Shown here piece by piece: positions 38,201-50,599 of a stretch of 64,000 nucleotides of DNA; position 1 is the stretch's first letter; each line of letters opens with the position of its first letter. The notes beneath the pieces were generated by a model. The model saw nothing but the letters and a program-made list of their open reading frames with translations. It was not told the DNA's origin and ran no database searches. The position numbers were made by a program, and so were the translations under genes. This stretch comes from Camelus ferus (Eukaryota): positions 1,178,001 to 1,242,000 of the forward strand of contig NC_045696.1 of assembly GCF_009834535.1 (NCBI RefSeq), in the 5' to 3' direction.

Positions 38201-41200
38201 TTTTCATTTTGTTTATGATTTCCTTTGGTGTGCAAAAGCTTTTAAGTTCAATTAGGTCTCATTCATTTATTTTTGCATTTGTTTCTGTTACCATATGAGA
38301 CGGATACAAAAAAATACTGCTGTGTTTTATGTCCGAGAGTGTTCTGCCTCCGTTTTCCTCTGGCAGTTTCAGAGCGTCAGGTCCTACATTCAGGTCTTTA
38401 ACCCACTCTGACTTTGTGTGTGTGTGTGTGTGTGTGGTGTTAGAGAGTGTTCTCATGACGTCCTTTTATGGGTAGCTGTCCAGTTTTCCCGGCGCTATTT
38501 ATTGAAGAGACTGTCTTTTCTCCGTTGTATATTCTCGCCTTCTTTGTGGTAGATTAATTGGCCGTAAGTGTGTGGGTTTATTTCTGGGTTCTATCCTGTT
38601 CCACTGATGTGTGTGTCTGTTTTGTGCCAGCTCCACACTGTTTTGATGGCTGTAGCTCTGTAGTGTACTCTCAAGTCAGGGAGTGAGGCTCCCCTGCTCC
38701 ATTCTTCTTTCTCTCACTTTGTTTTGTGGACATAAACTTAAAAAGTTAGTGCTGCCTCCTTTCCGCTTCCCTGGAGCGGCTTGGAAGAACGAGTCCCAGT
38801 TCCTGAGCAGCATTCATTGAATTCTCCTGTGCGAGGCCTGGCGGGCTGAATCCTCTTTGTTGGGTTCTGTTCTCGCTGCAGCTCATACCCTGTCACTCTG
38901 AACGCGTCCCGTGTTTAGGTCGGCACTGTGGGCGCTGCAGGCGTGGAATGACAGGGGACCATCTTCACGTGTCTGCACTCCTGCTGAGAAAGCAGCCCCT
39001 GAGGCTGGGGAAACGCCTTTTTGGGATCATCCTTCCCCACCTGAGAGAACAGGTGGCCGGGTGTCTGGTCCAACCTGACTTGGCCTGGGCGGCAGTCTCA
39101 GCCTTGGTCTGCACCCGGGCTCACAGTTCCCCAAGAAATAGCCCCGGGACAGTGCTTGGTGACTGGGCACTGGAGACAGGTGTCCTCCCTCCGCTATGCC
39201 AGCCGCACCCCTGGAGCCAGAGCTGCCGGGAGTGCGTGGCCTGGACCCAGTTCAGAGGCCTCCTCCCTGCAGGGGGGACAGGCCTGGGTGGGAGCTGCAG
39301 GGCCCCCTGGGGGCTTGGCCTCCCCATCCCATCCCCGTCACAGTAGGAGGAGCTCCTGAGCTCGGGCATCAGCCCAGCAGGGCAGGTCTCAGTGCCCGAG
39401 CAGAGCATGTCTGGGGGACACTGGAGTTTCGCTCGTGCGGCTCCATCGCTCCCTCTCTGAACACGTCTTCACTGACCCTGGGACGTGGCCAGCATGTTTA
39501 GGTGGAAGTGGGAGCAGTGGGTGACGGGCACAGGCCACTTGCTTGGAGCTCATGTTGGGGTGGCAGAGTGTAAATACGTGGTGGGAACACGTGTTGTTCG
39601 GGGCAACCGGGGCCGCAGGGGACAGGAAGGCAGACGGGGACGGGGTGTAGGAGTGGCCATGCAGGGATGGCACCCTGGGAGGTGCAGTGTGAACAGCCTG
39701 ACGGGTTAAGAGCCAGCCCCAGGGGACAGTCCAGGAGGGGACAGCTGTTCAGAGGCCCAGGGAGAGCCCGGGATGGGCTCTGGCACCACTGGAGTCCTGG
39801 CAGCTGGAGGAGGGGCCCCGGGGAGACAGCCTGCTGCACTGTCATGGGGACTGGTCCTGCCTGCAGCAGAGGGAGGGACGAGGGGAGGGGTCCGAGGGAG
39901 CTGCCGAGGCCTGGGCCACACCCCCCCCCGCCCCCGTGTCCCAAGGCTGCTCATTCGTCCTCCCTCTGCTCCTGTGAGCTGTCTCTAGTCTTCCCGGGTG
40001 GACGGTGGCATTAAGTGAAGTGGTAGCTCTGTGTCGTCCGCTCTGTGCTGGCAGCTCTTACCCTGGGTCCCTGTCTCTTGCAGAGTCCGGCGGGCCCTTC
40101 ATCGACCAGGTCTACATTCTGCAGGGCTACGCAGAGGGCTGGAAGGAGGGGGCCTGGGAGGAGAAGGTGGACAGCCGGCCCTGCCTCGAGCCGCCGCTCT
40201 ACTCGCAGGACAAGCACGAGTACTACAGGTGTGGCCGGGTCCCTCCCCCACCCCCCTCTGCCCCCGCCGTCCACACGCGCTCGTCCAGGGCTCGGGCTGT
40301 GTCACACATGCCTGCCGGGCACATGCACCTTCCCCACACTGTTCAGTGCACTTGAACGTGGTCATGGTGGCGGCGTCTCCCCAGGTGAGCTGCCATCGGG
40401 AGACCTGCCTGTCGCTCAGGGACTGGAGTGGTTGGGCTCTCCAGTCCTGAGTGACCCCGGGGCGTCTCAGGACACGGCTGCTGGACGGACAGTCCTGTCA
40501 GAGCTCTGGCCCCGAGCGTGAGGCATCGCTTCCTCCAGGCTCCTCCCTGGCTGCGCACGGTCTGTCCTATACTACTGGTCCCTTCAGGTCACGTGAGATG
40601 TTTGGTTTCTTTAAAAATGTTCGCACTGTCCCCGCCTGTGACTGTGGCCGGGAGAGATAGCTGAGTCTTTCAGGATCAGGCCAGGCGTCTAGACTTCACT
40701 TCTTCCTGCGGAAAAAGGAAGTGAGTAACGGGGTGCTCGGTCTTGTCTTGCAGAGGATGGTTCTGGGGCTACGAAGAGACGAGGGGTCTGAACGTCTCCT
40801 GTCTGTCTGTCCAGGGGTCAGCTTCCATCATCGCACCCGTGCTTTTGAGAAACACGTCTGCACGGTGAGTGCCTGTGAGCTGAGCACGTGCGCATGTGCA
40901 GCTGGGCCTCGGGTGGGGACCAGCGACTAGGACAGGACAGCCCTGGGGTTGGGGTGCGGGTAGGGGGTGACTGGGCCCAAGCTCCGTGGCCCTGTGCCCC
41001 CTGTGGTCCTTGGGGGCTGCTCAGAGCCCCAGGGCGGGGTCGCTGGTCCACACTAGGCACAGTGGGCCTGAGGGTGGACAGAGGACAGTGGGGGTGAGGG
41101 CCATGGGGACACGTGGCTGCAGCAGGGTGAGGGCGAGGACAAGAGGGGCCGGGAAGTTCTGAAGGGACCCCCCCAGGGTGACTGGTGCTGGGGCGGCTGC

Positions 41201-44200
41201 CTGGAGCTGGTCTGAGAGGTCACAGAGGGGGAGCGTGCGCTTCCCACCTGGGGTCCCTCTCCCGCTGGGCTTCCCCCTTCTCCACCTTAGCGGGGATGGG
41301 GGCAAGACTTGAGCCTCTCCCGGCGCGGACATGCCGACCTGGCTGCTGCTCATGGTGTCTCCTGTCGGAAGCATGGCCGCACATCCCAGTCCCTCTCGGA
41401 AGCAGAGAGCCGGCCTCACGGTTGCCCCACGCCCACCCCCACGGGGCAGCACCGGGGTCAGCGGAAGGGGGAGGTGTTCAGGTGGCTCCTGGGCTGGGTC
41501 TGGAGGTGGACCCCCTGGAGGAGGATGCATGCTGGGCAGCCTGACAAGCGTTGGTGGGGGCTTTGCTGCGGGTGTGAGCTCGGGGGTCGTGGGGACCCTG
41601 GAGGAGCCGCCCTCCCTTGAGTCCCCGTCAGTCTGAACCAGGCTCCCCGGGCCTGCGGGCGTGTGGACTGTCTGCACGTCCGCCACAACCCGGCCGGGCC
41701 CCTCCCCGTCCTTTTCAGCCCATTTTCCCCACATTGGGACCCCTGTGGGCGTGCTGGGCTTTGTAAACCAAACACCAGTGGGACTGTGGCAGCCGGCAAT
41801 TGGTCGCTTTGCCTGAGGGGGTCCCATCTCCACATACAGACGTGGATGCAGGACGTGGCTGAGGGCACCCCCACTGGGACCCCATGTCACGAGTGTCCCA
41901 AAACCGTTTGGGTCTCAAAAGCAGGTCTGGCTGAAGTTTGGACTGTGGGCAGTTTTTTCTGAGTGACTGGAGCTGAGTCCAGGAGGGACTTGTGCCCGGA
42001 GCTCCTCACTCTTGGAGAGACACCTCTGGGCGGGGCAGTGCTGAGGCAGGTGAGGCTGGACCACTGGGGGTCACCCCCACCACCCAGAAAACTCAGAATG
42101 TGAAAAGCACTGGCCAGAAAGAAAAGATTGGTGCACCCAGTTATATTAAAATTAACGATTCCTGCCCATCGGTGGATACCGTTAAACAAATGAAAAGACA
42201 GACCACATACAGAAGGAAGATGCAGCCCGTGGATCAGTCCAGGACTCGGTCCAGCTACCGACGGAGGTTCCAGAGTCAGGAGCAGCGAGGCAAGGGCGGG
42301 CAGCCTTGTGGTAAACTCAGGCACACCGGGGAGGAAGTCACGCTGCCCTTAAGCCCGAGAAGACGCCCTCTGGCCCTTGGTGACCAGGAAATGCAGGCCA
42401 CCCCCGCCCTTGGGAGGATGGGCCACACGCAGCCGCGGGAGGATCTGGGAAACTGCTGGGGGCCAGTTGGCTGTCAGGTCGCAGAGGGTGGGCCTGTGAC
42501 CCAGCACACCCAGCCCCACGCACCTGTGTGCGCGCCCACACGTGTTCCAGAATGTTCCTGCGAGCCACAAGCCGGAAACCCCCACGCCCTTCAGCAGTAG
42601 GTCATCGGGGCAGTGGGTTGTGGCAAATTCAGAACAGATGCGACTCAGCCACGGAAATGGAAAGACGCTGTTGTTTCAGCAGAGGTGACCGTGCAGACAT
42701 AACTGTGTGAGACAGTGCGAAAAATAAATCCGGCCGAACTCCGTGGCACGAGGCTGCGCCCCGCGTGGGGCGCCGGGGCTGTTCTAGGACATCGGCCCAG
42801 CCGGACGCGGGGTGCAAGCCGCATCTCTGCAGGTGACGCTGCATGTGGTGGCGAGGCCGCCTCTGAGGAGCAGCCTCCGTTCCCACCCCAATCCCCGCGG
42901 CCGCCGTGCTGTCAGCCGCCCCGCTGCTTTCCGGAGCTCGTCTCCCTCTTTATAAACACCCGTGGAGTCGCCCGCTCAGGGTTCTCTGCCCGGGTTTCTG
43001 TTCGCCTTTTTCCCACTGCATGATGCCCTCTGGGAGTTGAAGCCTGTGCAGTCACCGTGGAGGTGGCCGCAGAGGCTGCCACGTTCTTCTGCAGTTGTCC
43101 CTGCCCAGCTGTGAGAGCGTTTTTTGAGCCCGCCCACCTGGGTGGCCGTTGACTGGCTCCAGGTTTTTATAGACAGGAACCATTTTTGCAGTTTGGAGAG
43201 TAAAAATGGAGGCTCACACCCAGAGCGGAGGCTGGGTTTGTTGGGGGGGGTGGGTGTGCCTTGCATGGTGATCGTCGAGCCACCATCCCCGGGCAGCCAC
43301 CAGACTCGAGCTGTAATGAGGGACAAGTGGGTCTCTGGTCTGTTAACGTATGTTTCTTTGATTTCAGAGTAAAATCAGATTTAAAGGCTCTTTTGAAACG
43401 ATTTTCTGTAATGCATCTTTTCAGATCATTTGCCAGTTTCTTTCTCTGCAGGAGTTTTAAGTTTTTATACATTTAAACTTACTAGTCTGTGTGTTCTTTA
43501 TAAAGGTTTCTGGATTTTTATTTTTCAGTCTAACCTTATCCCAATATTCTTAGAGTCTTTCACGTTTTGCTTTTATAGTTTCAGTTTTCATGTTTAACTC
43601 TGAGCCATTGAGGCTTTGTTTGGGGTTAAGAATGGGGGCCCTGGTCACCCCACCCACTTTCCTGTCGGCAGCTCTGTGAGCCGGCCGCTCTCCAGATGCG
43701 TCGAGCCCCCTGGGTCGCCCAGGCCTGCGTGGACGTGGCCTGTCTCTGGAGCGTCCCTCCTGCAGGTTCTGATTCTTCAGGGCGCTCGATTATTCCGTAG
43801 CGGGCAGCCTCTCTGTGCGGGAGGGAACTGAGCCTTCGCTGAGAAAGGGGCCAGCTTCTGGCTGCAGGAACACAACAGGATGAGGAGAACCTAGGCTCTG
43901 TTTCATTCAGGCGATTTTGACGAACAGGAGTAAACGCTGACCTTCCCCCCTTTGTGGTATCCGCGGTCTTAGGGGTTTGCCCTTTACGTGGTACCGAGGC
44001 GAGCTAAGTCGCAGGTGGTGTAACACTGAGCCCTCCTGGTGTGAACCCCCTCTGTCGCGCCTGTTACTCTTTCAGCGCACTGCTGGGTTCTGTTCGCTCA
44101 TCTCGTTAGTTTGTGAGTTTGTGTTCTTCTGCACCGATGGGCACAGGTTGCTTGCGAGCTCGCCCAGTTCAGTGGCTGGGGCAGGAGAGACTGTGAATGT

Positions 44201-47200
44201 TCAGAATCACTTAGGAAGTGAAAGCTCTCTCTCAGAATCGCGTGGCGCTGCAGACAGCTGCCTTTCAGAGAGTTGGCAGTGATTGCCCAAATGCCCCCAG
44301 GTGACCTGGCAAGGTTGGTACGATCTCAGAGTTCAGCCCAGAGTGTTCCCGGGCTCAGGGCCCTCCCACGTGGACAGCGCTGTCTGAACTTCGGAGCAGA
44401 ATCATTTTGAAAGTAAAACCGTCTCTTTTCCTGTTGTTTAAAACCAGGTCCGTGATGCTGGACCGCGCCGAGACCCTCCTGCACGACCACTACGGCGGGA
44501 AGGAGTACTGGGACGTGAGTGCTGCCCGGCCGGCGCCTGCACCCCCTGTAGCTCTAGCAAACCCGAGACACTCGGCCCCTCTTGTTTTCAGCCTCGCGGC
44601 CTAAAGTCACAAGGTTTTAGCAGCCGTGGAGGGGCCCAGCCCGCGCACGAGGTGCCCAGGGCGGGGGCTGGATGGGGCGGCCGCGTCTGCTTGGGCATCC
44701 TTCCCCGTGAGCAGTCAGGAGCTGGAGCCGGCGCCCCTGGCTCGGTCTCCAGCTGTGAGCGGTGGGGCGTCTCTGCCTCGAGTCGGGGTTGGACTTGGAC
44801 CCGCGCCAAGGGAGGCGCTGGCTCTGGGCGAGCGAACGGCCGAGACAGGCGGGAGATGGGCCATGTCACCTTGGCGTTGGGGACGGCTTACTTGTCAGGG
44901 GTCTGGTTGGGAAGGCGGCCCAGCTCTGTCCATGGGGGGCCCTGTAGGCCAGGCCAGTTTGGCAGAAGCGTAAAGGTTTTCCTGAGAAGAGCCTTTGGCT
45001 GCGAGGTGGGGGCCCGGGCCTGCCCTCTGCTCGCGTGCTCCCCCGGGGCCCAGGCCTGCGCAGGCGGGTTCTTAGACGAGGCGCTCTTTGTCTGCTGTTG
45101 GAGTGAAATGGAAGTTTTAGGTAAATCCCAGCTCTCTTAGATTACAGACGGATGCTGGGCCCCCCCAGGGCCGACGTCTCCAGCCCGTTTTCTCCTCCCG
45201 CCCTTCTGGTCCCGGGCTCCCGGCGGGGCGCACCCACCCGCCCTGGTCACCTCTCCGGAGGCCCCTCTGGGAAGTGGTTTCCCTGGACCCCTGACCTTGG
45301 CTCTGGCAGGGTGGATGGAGCACGGCGCCTGTGTTGGGGCAGCCCCCTGCTGCCCCTGTCTCTGCACAGTTGGCGTGGTGTCTTCTGCCTGAGGGGTTCC
45401 CAGGTTTGTTCATTGAGGGGCAGGTTGGTGATTTATGGCAGCTAACGTTTGAAAAAGAAAAGCACATCTGTGCATTCAGGAACACGTGTTTGTGTTCTGT
45501 AATCTCTGTGCCTACATCACGGGGCAGCGGCTTGTCTGTCCCCTGGCCCAGGCAGGAGCCCCAGGGAATGGGTTTCACATCCCCTCTCAGCCGCTGCCCT
45601 CGCAGCTCTCGGGACCTGCCCAGCCTGGGGGGCATGGAGAGGCCAGGTGTGTGCAGAGCACCCCAGCTGAGACCCCTGCTGCCTCGGCGTGCGACCTGGG
45701 CACCTCCTGGGAGGGTGGTGTCGGGAGCGTGGAGGTGCGGTTGTCCTCACTGTGGACACAGCTGCTCTGTGTCTCTTTCAGCTCTGTGGTCCCCATCTGG
45801 CTGTTACTGCTGGTGACCCCCCCCCCGCACTCCCCGCCTGCCAGCCACCTTCTCTCGGCCAGTGCTCTGTCCCTTGGGCCCAGGGGACTCTCAGGAGGGG
45901 AGGGTTGTCGGTGCTGCCCAGACTCAGTGTGGTCCACTCCCCGTGACTCTCCTCCCCCTCACAGACAGGCAGCGGCTTGTCTGCGCTGCCCGGGCCCGGC
46001 TCGCTGTCCTGGCGTGCCTGCAGCTCCTCGGGCTGCTCCTGGGGCCGAAGGGGCGCCCGGCGAAGGCCCTGCGCGGGGCAGGCGCTCACGGTGCCCTCTG
46101 TGCCCGCAGACCCGGCGCAGCATGGTGTTTGCCCGGCACTTGCGGGCTGTGGGGGACGAGTTCAGGAGCAAGTACCTCAACTCCACCGACGAGGCCGACA
46201 GGACCCCCTTTGAGGAGGACTGGACCAAGATGAAGGTAGCTCTCCACATCTTTGTGGTCAGAGGACGCCGAAGTTACCCCTCTAGATGCCCAGTGACCAG
46301 TCCCTTTGCTCAGGGAAGGTCAGAACGGGGTGCTGGCTTTGCTGTGGATGCCGCCCGGCGGCCGGGAGCCCCTTGTCCTGGTGCAGACGTTGGGCTGTCG
46401 GTCAGTACCAGTTCCTCTTCAGCGAGGTGGGAACTTACTGCGGGGCTGTGGCCCAGGTGGTCATTACAGTGGAGCGAGGTGGCAGATGGGAGAGTAGAAG
46501 CGAGAGGCCGTTGGAGGCACCGGGGCTCACCTCTGCCTCCCCCCTCAAGGGGCACCATGAACACCCTTTTGCTCCAGCATTGTCCTTTTTAGGAAAGAAC
46601 TTTTTCTGAAAGGTTGGCTTTTTTTATAATTTCGATGAATTATATGCTGCTTTTTCAAATTACTGTTATTTTTAGGCATTTTCAGTGTAATTGTTTTAAT
46701 GATTTCTTTTTCACGTAGGTTTTAACAGCAAACTGTTTCATAGAGAGGAATGCTGTTTCACCGTCTTTCTCCGCAGGACGTTTGCGCTGCTCTCAGGTGG
46801 AGCAGCGTCGTTCCCGCGATAAGTGCCAGGGCGTGTGGACAGGTCTCACTGGAAGCGTCAACATTGAACTGAAGGCTTTTTTTTTTTTATCTAGTTTGTA
46901 TTTGCTTCCAGTGTTTCCTTTACTCGTCTTTGTTCACTCAGATGAAAGGGTGTGGGTCATTCGTCACTCATGGTCTTGAGGAGACGTCCAGCCCCCTCCC
47001 CCAGGGTTCGCCCTGAGCATCGGTCCCTGGACAGACCCCGGTGTGGCCCCTGCTGCGTGGAGGCGCTTGGACTCTGCGTCCCCCTCGCCTCCTGCCGCGC
47101 TGGACGCCGACCCCGTGGGCTCAGCCTGTCCCGTCCTCCTTTGCCAGGTCCAGCTGGGCTCCTCGCTGGGGGGCCCGTACCTCGGCGTCCACCTGAGGAG

Positions 47201-48430
47201 AAAGGACTTCATCTGGGGGCACAGGGAGGACGTGCCGAGCCTGGCCGGAGCCGTGAGGAGGATCCGCAGCCTCATGAAGACCCACCGGCTGGACAAGGTC
47301 TTCGTGGCCACGGACGCCGTCAGGAAGGGTGCGCGGTGCGCCTCCCGCTCCCCGTTGCGCTCTTGGGTTCTGGAGGGTCGGGTCGGTCCCCTCTTCCACC
47401 TGTGCAGCCACATCTGCAGCCGTGCCCACCGCCTTTGGCTCCGGCCCCACGGGCCTGCTTGTGTCCGCAGAGTACGAGGAGCTGAGGAGGCTGCTGCCCG
47501 AGATGCTGCGCTTCGAGCCCACGGGGGAGGAGCTGGAGCTCTACAAGGACGGGGGCGTCGCCATCGTCGACCAGTGGGTCTGCGCGCACGCCAGGTGGGC
47601 CGCCAGGCACCCTGCCCTTTGTCCCCTCCTCCTCCTGGGAAACAGTTGGGCCTGGGTCCTGGGGTTCCGCCCTGGGACCCCTGGAGTAAAGTGGAAAACA
47701 AAGGCAGAGTAGGTCACTTCCCGTTTTCAAACTTCCCGGATGCTGGCTCCACAGGCCTGCTCGTGGACCTGTTTTCCTGCAGGGCTGCAGGTGTTCTGTG
47801 CTGTGAAGGGCCCCGGGGGTGCCACCTCCAGGGAGAGGGCCCACTCCTCTGCGCCCCTCTGGGGGTGCTGGGCGGACTCGGCCCCAGCAGGGGTGCAGGG
47901 AGCAGCCCCAGCTCAGCCTCAAGGCTTGGCAGGGGGGAGGTTACGGGCTTTGCTCCGCCACCTTCTTGGGCTTAAAGCTGGTGACGTCCTGGGGACATAT
48001 CTGTGGCAGGTCTGTTCCAAGACATCTCCCTGGAGGAGACTTCCTCCTGCATCGAGTAGCCAAAAATCTAGTGGAGGCTGGAGCCTGCCCCCGACGCGGG
48101 CCCTGTCTCCCTCACACCAGCACCCGCAGCCTCCCCGGCAGCCTGGTGTCTGGGCATCTCCTGATGGGGACCCCGGCCGGCGGGGCTGTGGGGCCCGGGC
48201 GGGCCCCGGCGGAGGCGGACGGCTGGCGGGTGGTGCGTTTGCCCGGCAGCCCCGGTGACCTGGCGCTGCATGGCAGGGTTTTCATCGGCACCTCGGTCTC
48301 CACGTTCTCCTTCCGGATTCATGAGGAGAGGGAGATCCTGGGCCTGGACCCCAGGACAACCTACAACCGCTTCTGCGGGGACGAGGAGCCGGCGTGCGAG
48401 CAGCCCACGCACTGGAGGGTTGTGTACTGA
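34938..48430 (+). CDS. POFUT2: GDP-fucose protein O-fucosyltransferase 2, spliced CDS join(34938..35068,36434..36684,40084..40228,40754..40864,44448..44514,46110..46235,47148..47328,47471..47594,48277..48430), 429 aa
   Basis: Exon lengths 131+251+145+111+67+126+181+124+154 = 1290 nt, in frame, all introns GT..AG. Signal peptide, [11 protein letters not shown] (catalytic E54), GVHLRRKDF (R294), [16 protein letters not shown]-glycosylation sequons N189, N209, N259. Strong Kozak context gccATGg. Confidence 0.98.
35710..36186 (+). mobile_element. hAT-Charlie non-autonomous element (MER119/Charlie7-like) in intron 1
   Basis: Terminal inverted repeats cagcagttctcaaa ... tttgagagcccctg. Internal gaatgcagaggcagacaggagaatccagct and ttttggggtcctcaataatt. 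Confidence 0.7.
36434..36684 (+). CDS. POFUT2: POFUT2 coding exon 2
   Basis: ccctgccag|G TAC CTC...; [52 protein letters not shown]...EQFMA; donor G|gtgagg. Confidence 0.98.
37141..38712 (-). mobile_element. LINE-1 3' fragment antisense in POFUT2 intron 2
   Basis: Minus ORFs [38 protein letters not shown] and [21 protein letters not shown]-rich tail at 37142. Confidence 0.93.
38415..38436. repeat. (TG)11 microsatellite within the intronic L1
   Basis: Direct reading: tgtgtgtgtgtgtgtgtgtgtg. Confidence 0.95.
40084..40228 (+). CDS. POFUT2: POFUT2 coding exon 3
   Basis: tctcttgcag|[57 protein letters not shown]; donor AG|gtgtgg. Confidence 0.97.
40754..40864 (+). CDS. POFUT2: POFUT2 coding exon 4
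   Basis: tgtcttgcag|[44 protein letters not shown]; donor CG|gtgagt. Confidence 0.97.
42085..42720 (+). mobile_element. Old LINE-1 (L1ME-like) ORF2 3' remnant in intron 4
   Basis: ORF text [30 protein letters not shown] resembles L1 ORF2 KEKIDK.D.IKIKNFCSSKDT.K.MKRQ.T. Confidence 0.65.
42940..43640 (-). mobile_element. Old LINE-1 (L1M) remnant antisense in intron 4
   Basis: T-rich L1-like minus-strand text (tcttttcagatcatttgccagttt, tttatagtttcagttttcatgtttaactct). Confidence 0.5.
44448..44514 (+). CDS. POFUT2: POFUT2 coding exon 5
   Basis: tttaaaaccag|[32 protein letters not shown]; donor GAC|gtgagt. Confidence 0.97.
46110..46235 (+). CDS. POFUT2: POFUT2 coding exon 6
   Basis: tgcccgcag|[48 protein letters not shown]; donor AAG|gtagct. 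Confidence 0.97.
47148..47328 (+). CDS. POFUT2: POFUT2 coding exon 7
   Basis: ctttgccag|[66 protein letters not shown]; donor G|gtgcgc. Confidence 0.97.
47471..47594 (+). CDS. POFUT2: POFUT2 coding exon 8
   Basis: gtccgcag|[47 protein letters not shown]; donor AG|gtgggc. Confidence 0.97.
48277..48430 (+). CDS. POFUT2: POFUT2 coding exon 9 (last, to stop)
   Basis: tggcag|[60 protein letters not shown] then TGA at 48428-48430. Confidence 0.96.
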
Positions 48431-49193
48431 CCGCCCGACCCCCTGCACGCTGCGGTGCCTGTCTCCCCTGAGGATGTGCGTCCTCGCCCCACCAGCTGGC
48501 CGTGCCCCTCGGGGCTCAGGCCTGGGGAGCCACACGGGTCCGTCCCACGCCTGCCCTGGGCCTTGGGTTTTGTTTGCATCGGGATCCGGGACCATGTCGC
48601 TGTGACCAGCGAGGCCCCTGTGCCAGCACTGAGGTGCCGGCTTGCCCAGGGCAAGTGCGACGCCTCAGGCTCCGCCCCGGGGGCGTATGGATGTGGCGCT
48701 GGTGGCACCTGTGACTCGCAGGGTTTCAGTCATTTGAGCCCCTGTGGTGGCTGCAGAGCAGAGTCCGAAGTCCTGCCCTTCTCCCCCGTGGGCCCACGTG
48801 CAACCACAGGTCTGAGGCCTCGGGCGGCCCCCCCTCCCGGGCAGCGGTGGGGCTGAGAGGCGCGGGCGGTCACTCCAGCCTGAGGAGGCGCCTTGGAGAC
48901 CAGCTGCCAAATGGGGGGCCTGGACTGGTCCACAGAGCCCTGTGTTGGGCCTTCACAGTCACACGAGAGGGCCCCCACCCCGTCGCCTCTGACCAGGTGT
49001 CCCAGTCCCATGACTCCTAGGTAACTGGTGAGGCCACAGTGCGGATGGGGAGCCCTGCAGAGCCTGGAGCCCCAGGTCCCTCCCACGTCTCCTTCCTAGG
49101 CTCTTGAGATGGCCCTGGGTGCGCGCTGGGGTCCTGTAGTGTGGCTCACAGCCACGCAGGGCTGGGTGACCGAATATTTATTCTTTCTCTGTT

Positions 49194-49250
49194 TGTACTT
49201 CAGATATTAATAAAGTACGTTTTCTAGAAGTTGTGCTTCTGCGTTCTCTT
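49194..49250 (+). terminator. POFUT2 cleavage/polyadenylation signal
   Basis: TGTA at 49194-49197, AATAAA at 49209-49214, downstream GU/U-rich ttgtgcttctgcgttctcttt. Implies a 3' UTR of about 0.8 kb. Confidence 0.8.
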
Positions 49251-50349
49251 TCGGCCGAGAGCTGTAGCAAGTGTTTCCACCGTGGCCACCGTCTTCTGTG
49301 AAGAAAGTTGGCCGCTGTGTCATCCATGTTGGTGGCTGTGAGCACACTGTGGAGACACCGCCCGGCCCCCCTGTCCTCAGGACTGCTGGCTGTAAGACCT
49401 GTCTGACAAAGTCCACGGTTGTGGGAAGTTGGGAACAGCCCTCTTCTCCCGAGGAGGAGGCAGCAGACTTCCTCGGTTTTGCATCCTGGAGAACGACCAG
49501 CCAGCGGGACAGCCTGCGTCACAGCACAGCGGGCACAGCAGGAAAATAGGGGGCTCGGGCGGGGGAAGGGCCGGCCCCGGGACAGCAAGTGCAAAGGCCC
49601 CGCGGCGTGTGCCTGGGTGCCCGAGGTGGCAGGAAGTGGTGTGACCCGGGGCCTGACCGGGACGTGGGAGAGAAGCCATGGGGCAGGGGTAGGAGTGAGT
49701 CTCGTGGGCAATGAGAGGGGGGAGGGAGGGGCCCTGGAGGCTCTGTGTAGACAAGAGGGGACAGCCTGGAAGCCAGGGTCCAGGTGACAGGGCTGCGGGA
49801 AGGGAGGGCCAGGGTGTGTTCCCAGCTGCTGGGAGGACGTGGAGCCCGTTCCTGAGGGAGCCCAGGGCCTTCCTGGCCACGACCTCGCGGGCACTCTTCC
49901 ATTCCCGCCGTGTCTGATGGCAGAGCTGCAGAGTCTCAGAAGAGCCATCATCATTGGAGCCTGTTGAAAGCGTTTGTGCCATTGTTGGAATTTCAAACAC
50001 AATGTGAGAGAGAAGAGGAACCGGAGGGGCTGCGGGAGGGGAGGCCGGCGGGGGCCCAGCGCCCCACCCCAGAAGCCAGCCAGGTGGTCTGCCGATTCAG
50101 CAAGCCAGCCCCTGGCTCCCGGGTCAGGGGTGGGCCAGCGGCCCTGTCTGTCCCTGGGCCGTCCAGCACTCGCGGATACCACACTAGCTGGCTGATGGGG
50201 TCTGGATGCTGCAAGAAATGACCTGTGACAAATTAAATCTCCCGTTTCTATTAACAAGGCCTTTTCAGGACAAACCAGTGCAGCCCCATGTCCTTAGGCC
50301 ACTCTCCTCACAGCGGGCTGTGCATGGTGGGCAGGTGGGCGCTTCTGAA

Positions 50350-50424
50350 GCACGCATGCACACGCACACAGGCGCACACATGCAAATACGTACACACGCA
50401 TACATATACACGCACGCGCGCACG
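50350..50424. repeat. Imperfect (CA/CG/TA) alternating purine-pyrimidine tract
   Basis: cacgcatgcacacgcacacaggcgcacacatgcaaatacgtacacacgcatacatatacacgcacgcgcgcacg. Confidence 0.8.
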
Positions 50425-50599
50425 GATTTCCACGTGGGTGGCCTCAGGTCCTGACAGAAGCCAGCATACCCTCTGGAGGAACGCAGTCCTGGTGCGTTCG
50501 AGGGTCCTGTCACCGTGGGCCTGGTCTCACAACACGAGATCCCCTGGCGCACAGGAAGCAACCCACCAGGGGCAACCATCAGCAGAAGCACCGCGCGAT

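Noticed and set aside
45486..47975. Long ORFs 45486..46592 and 47043..47975 as separate genes
   Set aside because: They are POFUT2 exons 6 and 7 with open intronic flanks.
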